DNA of 32,000 bases from Kineococcus radiotolerans SRS30216 = ATCC BAA-149. GTDB lineage: Bacteria; Actinomycetota; Actinomycetes; Actinomycetales; Kineococcaceae. The stretch is taken from contig NC_009664.2 in NCBI RefSeq assembly GCF_000017305.1, positions 3,990,001-4,022,000 on the forward strand, read 5' to 3'. The notes under the pieces were generated by a model. That model saw only the letters and a list, made by a program, of their open reading frames with translations, ran no database searches and was not told where the DNA came from. Position numbers and translations under genes: made by a program. Positions 29,480-32,000 of this stretch are shown piece after piece (positions within the stretch are counted from its first letter, which is position 1; every line of letters begins with the position of its first letter).

Positions 29480-30936
29480 CCGGACCGAAACTGGGGACGG
29501 GTCAGCAGCGGACCCCGCGCAGCGGGGTCAAGCAGGACCGCTTCACCCGCGTCGACGCGTCGCGGAAGGTCGCCTACGAGGTGCTGCGCGCGGTGTCCGC
29601 CGACGACGCCTACGCCAACCTCGTGCTGCCGAGGATGCTGCGCGACCGGCGCCTGAACGGGCGCGACGCGGCCTTCGCCACCGAGCTGGCCTACGGCGTC
29701 CTGCGCGGGCGGGGCACCTACGACGCCCTGCTCGCCACCCTCGTCGACCGCCCCCTCGCCGAGCTCGACGCGGGGGTCCTCGACGTCCTGCGGATGGGCC
29801 TGCACCAGCTGCTCGCGATGCGGGTGCCCGACCACGCCGCCGTCGCGACCAGCGTCGCGCTGGCCCGCAACGTCGTCGGCGGTGGCCCCGCGGGGTTGAT
29901 CAACGCCGTGCTGCGCAGCGCCGCCGGCCGCGACCTCGACACCTGGGTCGCCGAGGTCGCCACCACGGGGAACGAGGACGACGACCTCGCCGTCCGGTAC
30001 TCCCACCCGCAGTGGATCGTCCGCAGCCTGCGCGAGGCCCTGCGCGCCCACGGCCACGAGGCCGCCGAGCTCACCGACCTCCTCGTGGCCGACAACACCC
30101 CGGCCCAGGTCGCGGTGGCCGCCCTGCCCGGCCTCTCCGAACCCGCCGACCTGGTGCGGCGGGCGTCCTTCCTGGAGGTCGTCCCCGGCCGCTGGTCCGC
30201 CACCGCCGTCCAGCTCGTCCACGGCGACCCCGGCCAGCTCTCGCTGGTCCGCGAGGGCCGCGCGCGCGTCCAGGACGAGGGGTCCCAGATCGTCGCCCAG
30301 CTGCTGGCCGCCGCCGCGCTCGAGGGCCGCGACGAGCGCTGGCTGGACCTGTGCGCGGGGCCCGGGGGGAAGGCGGCGCTGCTCGCGGCCACCGCCGCCC
30401 AGCGCGGGGCCCGCCTCACCGCCGTCGAGGTGGCCCCGCACCGCGCGGAGCTCGTCCGCTCCGCGCTGGCCGCCGTCCCCGGCGGGGCCGAGGTGCGCGT
30501 CGGCGACGGCCGCGAGGTCGGCGCCGACGAGCCCGCCGCCTACGACCGGGTGCTCGTCGACGCCCCCTGCACCGGGCTGGGCGCGCTGCGCCGGCGACCG
30601 GAGGCGCGCTGGCGGCGCACCCCCGCCGACCTCGGCGCGCTCGGGCCGCTGCAGCGGGACCTGCTCGCCTCGGCCCTGGACGCCGTGCGCCCCGGCGGGG
30701 TCGTCGCCTACGCGACGTGCTCGCCGGTGCTCAGCGAGACCCGCCTCGTCGTCGACGACGCCGTGAAGGCCGCCGCCAAGCGCGGGGTCGTCGTGCAGCG
30801 CCTCGACACCCCCGCCGTCCTGGAGCAGGTCGTACCCGGGATGCCCTCGGCCGCCGCGGGCCGGGCCGTGCAGCTGTGGCCGCACACCCACGGGACCGAC
30901 GCCATGCACGTGGCGCTGCTGCGCCGGGAGAGCTGA
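29476..30936 (+). CDS. rsmB: 16S rRNA (cytosine-C5) methyltransferase RsmB/Sun family
   Basis: GTG 29476 overlaps the fmt stop (GTGA) and gives 486 aa. It has a NusB-like N-domain and a methyltransferase core ([37 protein letters not shown]). Confidence 0.9.
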
Positions 30937-30944
30937 GCGCGGGA

Positions 30945-30977
30945 CCCCGGCGGGGGCCGCGGTGCCCCCGCCCGGGG
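30945..30977 (+). terminator. hairpin after rsmB
   Basis: CCCCGGCGGGGG (30945-30956) pairs with CCCCCGCCCGGGG (30965-30977), one extra C. It begins 9 nt after the stop. Confidence 0.45.
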
Positions 30978-30997
30978 CGACGTGAGAGCTTCGGGGC

Positions 30998-31774
30998 GTG
31001 AACTCCGCCGAGAAGGCCGCACGACTGCGGCAGCTGCACGAAGACCCCGAGCTCCTCGTCCTGGTCAACGTCTGGGACGCGGTGTCCGCCACCGTCGTCG
31101 CGGGCGAACCGCGGACGAGGGCGCTGGCCACCGCCGGGCACTCCATCGCCGCCACCTTCGGCTACGGCGACGGGGAGCAGATCCCCCTCGACCTCGCGCT
31201 GTCCCTCGTCGAGCGCATCGTCGGCGCCGCCGGGGACCTGCCCGTCTCCGCCGACCTCGACGGCGGCTTCGGGAACGCGGGGGAGACCGTTCGCAAGGCC
31301 ATCGGCGTCGGCGTCGTCGGCGCCAACGTCGAGGACCAGCTGCGGCCGCTGGCCGAGTCGGTCGCGAACGTCGAGGCGATCGTCGCCGCGGGGGAGGCCG
31401 AGGGTGTCCCCTTCGTCCTCAACGCCCGCACCGACGCCCTGGTCAGGGGCGGTGACCGCGGCCGCGACGTGTGGCTGCCCGACGCGATCGAGCGCGGCCG
31501 GGCGTACCTCGCCGCCGGGGCCACCAGCGTCTTCGTGCCCGGCCCCCTCGACGAGGACGCCGTGCAGCAGCTCGTCGCCGCGTTCGGCCCGCAGAAGCTC
31601 TCCGTCATCGGCTTCCCCGGCGTCCCCGACCAGGCGCGGCTGGCCGAGCTCGGCGTCGCGCGCATCACCTACGGGCCGCTGACCCAGCGCGTCGCGCTCA
31701 CCGCCCTGCAGGACGCCGCCCGCGGCATCTACGCCGGCGGCGGCATCCCCGAGGGCACCCGGCCGCTGAACTAG
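30998..31774 (+). CDS. isocitrate lyase / PEP mutase superfamily protein (short, 258-aa form)
   Basis: Sequence LVLVNVWDAVSA..., SADLDGGFG, VVGANVEDQ and NARTDAL fits the ICL/PEPM TIM-barrel pattern. It lacks the K(K/R)CGH loop of true (methyl)isocitrate lyases and the EDKxxxxxNS motif of PEP mutase. Confidence 0.8.
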   Translation: MNSAEKAARLRQLHEDPELLVLVNVWDAVSATVVAGEPRTRALATAGHSIAATFGYGDGEQIPLDLALSLVERIVGAAGDLPVSADLDGGFGNAGETVRKAIGVGVVGANVEDQLRPLAESVANVEAIVAAGEAEGVPFVLNARTDALVRGGDRGRDVWLPDAIERGRAYLAAGATSVFVPGPLDEDAVQQLVAAFGPQKLSVIGFPGVPDQARLAELGVARITYGPLTQRVALTALQDAARGIYAGGGIPEGTRPLN

Positions 31775-31831
31775 TGATTTCCGCCGCCTCGGGCCGGATC
31801 GGCTAACGGCGCGGCCGGGCGGTGGGCGAGG

Positions 31832-32000
31832 ATGCGGTCCGTGACCTGGATCGAGGACCTCGCCCGCCGCGCCGACGCCGTGCTGCCCGACTACGTGTCG
31901 GCCTACTACCACTCCAACGCCGGCGACGGCTCGTGCGACCGCGAGGGCATCGCCGACTGGAACGCGTTCCGGATGCGGCCCAGCGTGCTGCGCGACGCCT
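31832..32000 (+). CDS. FMN-dependent alpha-hydroxy-acid dehydrogenase/oxidase family protein, 5' part (runs off window)
   Basis: My own translation from ATG 31832 is MRSVTWIEDLARRADAVLPDYVSAYYHSNAGDGSCDREGIADWNAFRMRPSVLRDA. This matches the family N-terminus pattern (...LP..V..Y...GA.DE.T...N..AF....L.PRVL.DV). GC3 is high. GTG 31841 is an alternative start. Confidence 0.6.
   Translation, partial: MRSVTWIEDLARRADAVLPDYVSAYYHSNAGDGSCDREGIADWNAFRMRPSVLRDA

Noticed and set aside
30998-31774. Possible PEP mutase marking the edge of a phosphonate biosynthetic cluster
   Set aside because: The diagnostic PEP mutase motif EDKxxxxxNS is absent (the sequence is EDQLRPLAES). No phosphonopyruvate decarboxylase-like gene follows within the window.

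Overview
High-G+C (about three quarters G+C by eye) actinobacterial chromosomal core region, almost entirely coding. Gene order: (upstream CDS end)-aroK-aroB | three minus-strand pilin-like membrane paralogs | efp-nusB | bldD (minus) | pyrR-pyrB-pyrC-orf-carA-carB-pyrF-orf | five-gene Dpp/Opp-type ABC importer | mihF-gmk-rpoZ-coaBC-metK-priA | aldo/keto reductase | small membrane protein (minus) | def-fmt-rsmB | ICL/PEPM-family protein | start of an FMN-dependent alpha-hydroxy-acid dehydrogenase. The backbone matches the conserved actinobacterial synteny known from Mycobacterium (Rv1379-Rv1392) and Streptomyces. Most long ORFs in the six-frame track are high-GC shadow frames of these genes. 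I found no rRNA, tRNA, CRISPR array, IS element or phage gene, and no clear multi-gene novel system such as a defence island or biosynthetic cluster. The items most worth follow-up are: (1) a tandem trio of membrane-anchored proteins with pilin-like ectodomains but no prepilin signal, sitting where aroQ/pepQ usually lie; (2) gmk has no canonical start codon upstream of its P-loop, with a likely CTG start overlapping the mihF stop; (3) a PriA with no Walker A lysine or DExH box; (4) conserved unknown ORFs translationally coupled inside the pyr operon; (5) a BldD orthologue with an intact c-di-GMP signature, two BldD boxes and an apparently leaderless promoter, sharing a control region with a PyrR RNA switch; (6) an atypical lower-GC leader upstream of the ABC importer. 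Start codons are inferred from homologous N-termini, SD motifs and stop/start overlaps, and they are less certain than stop codons.
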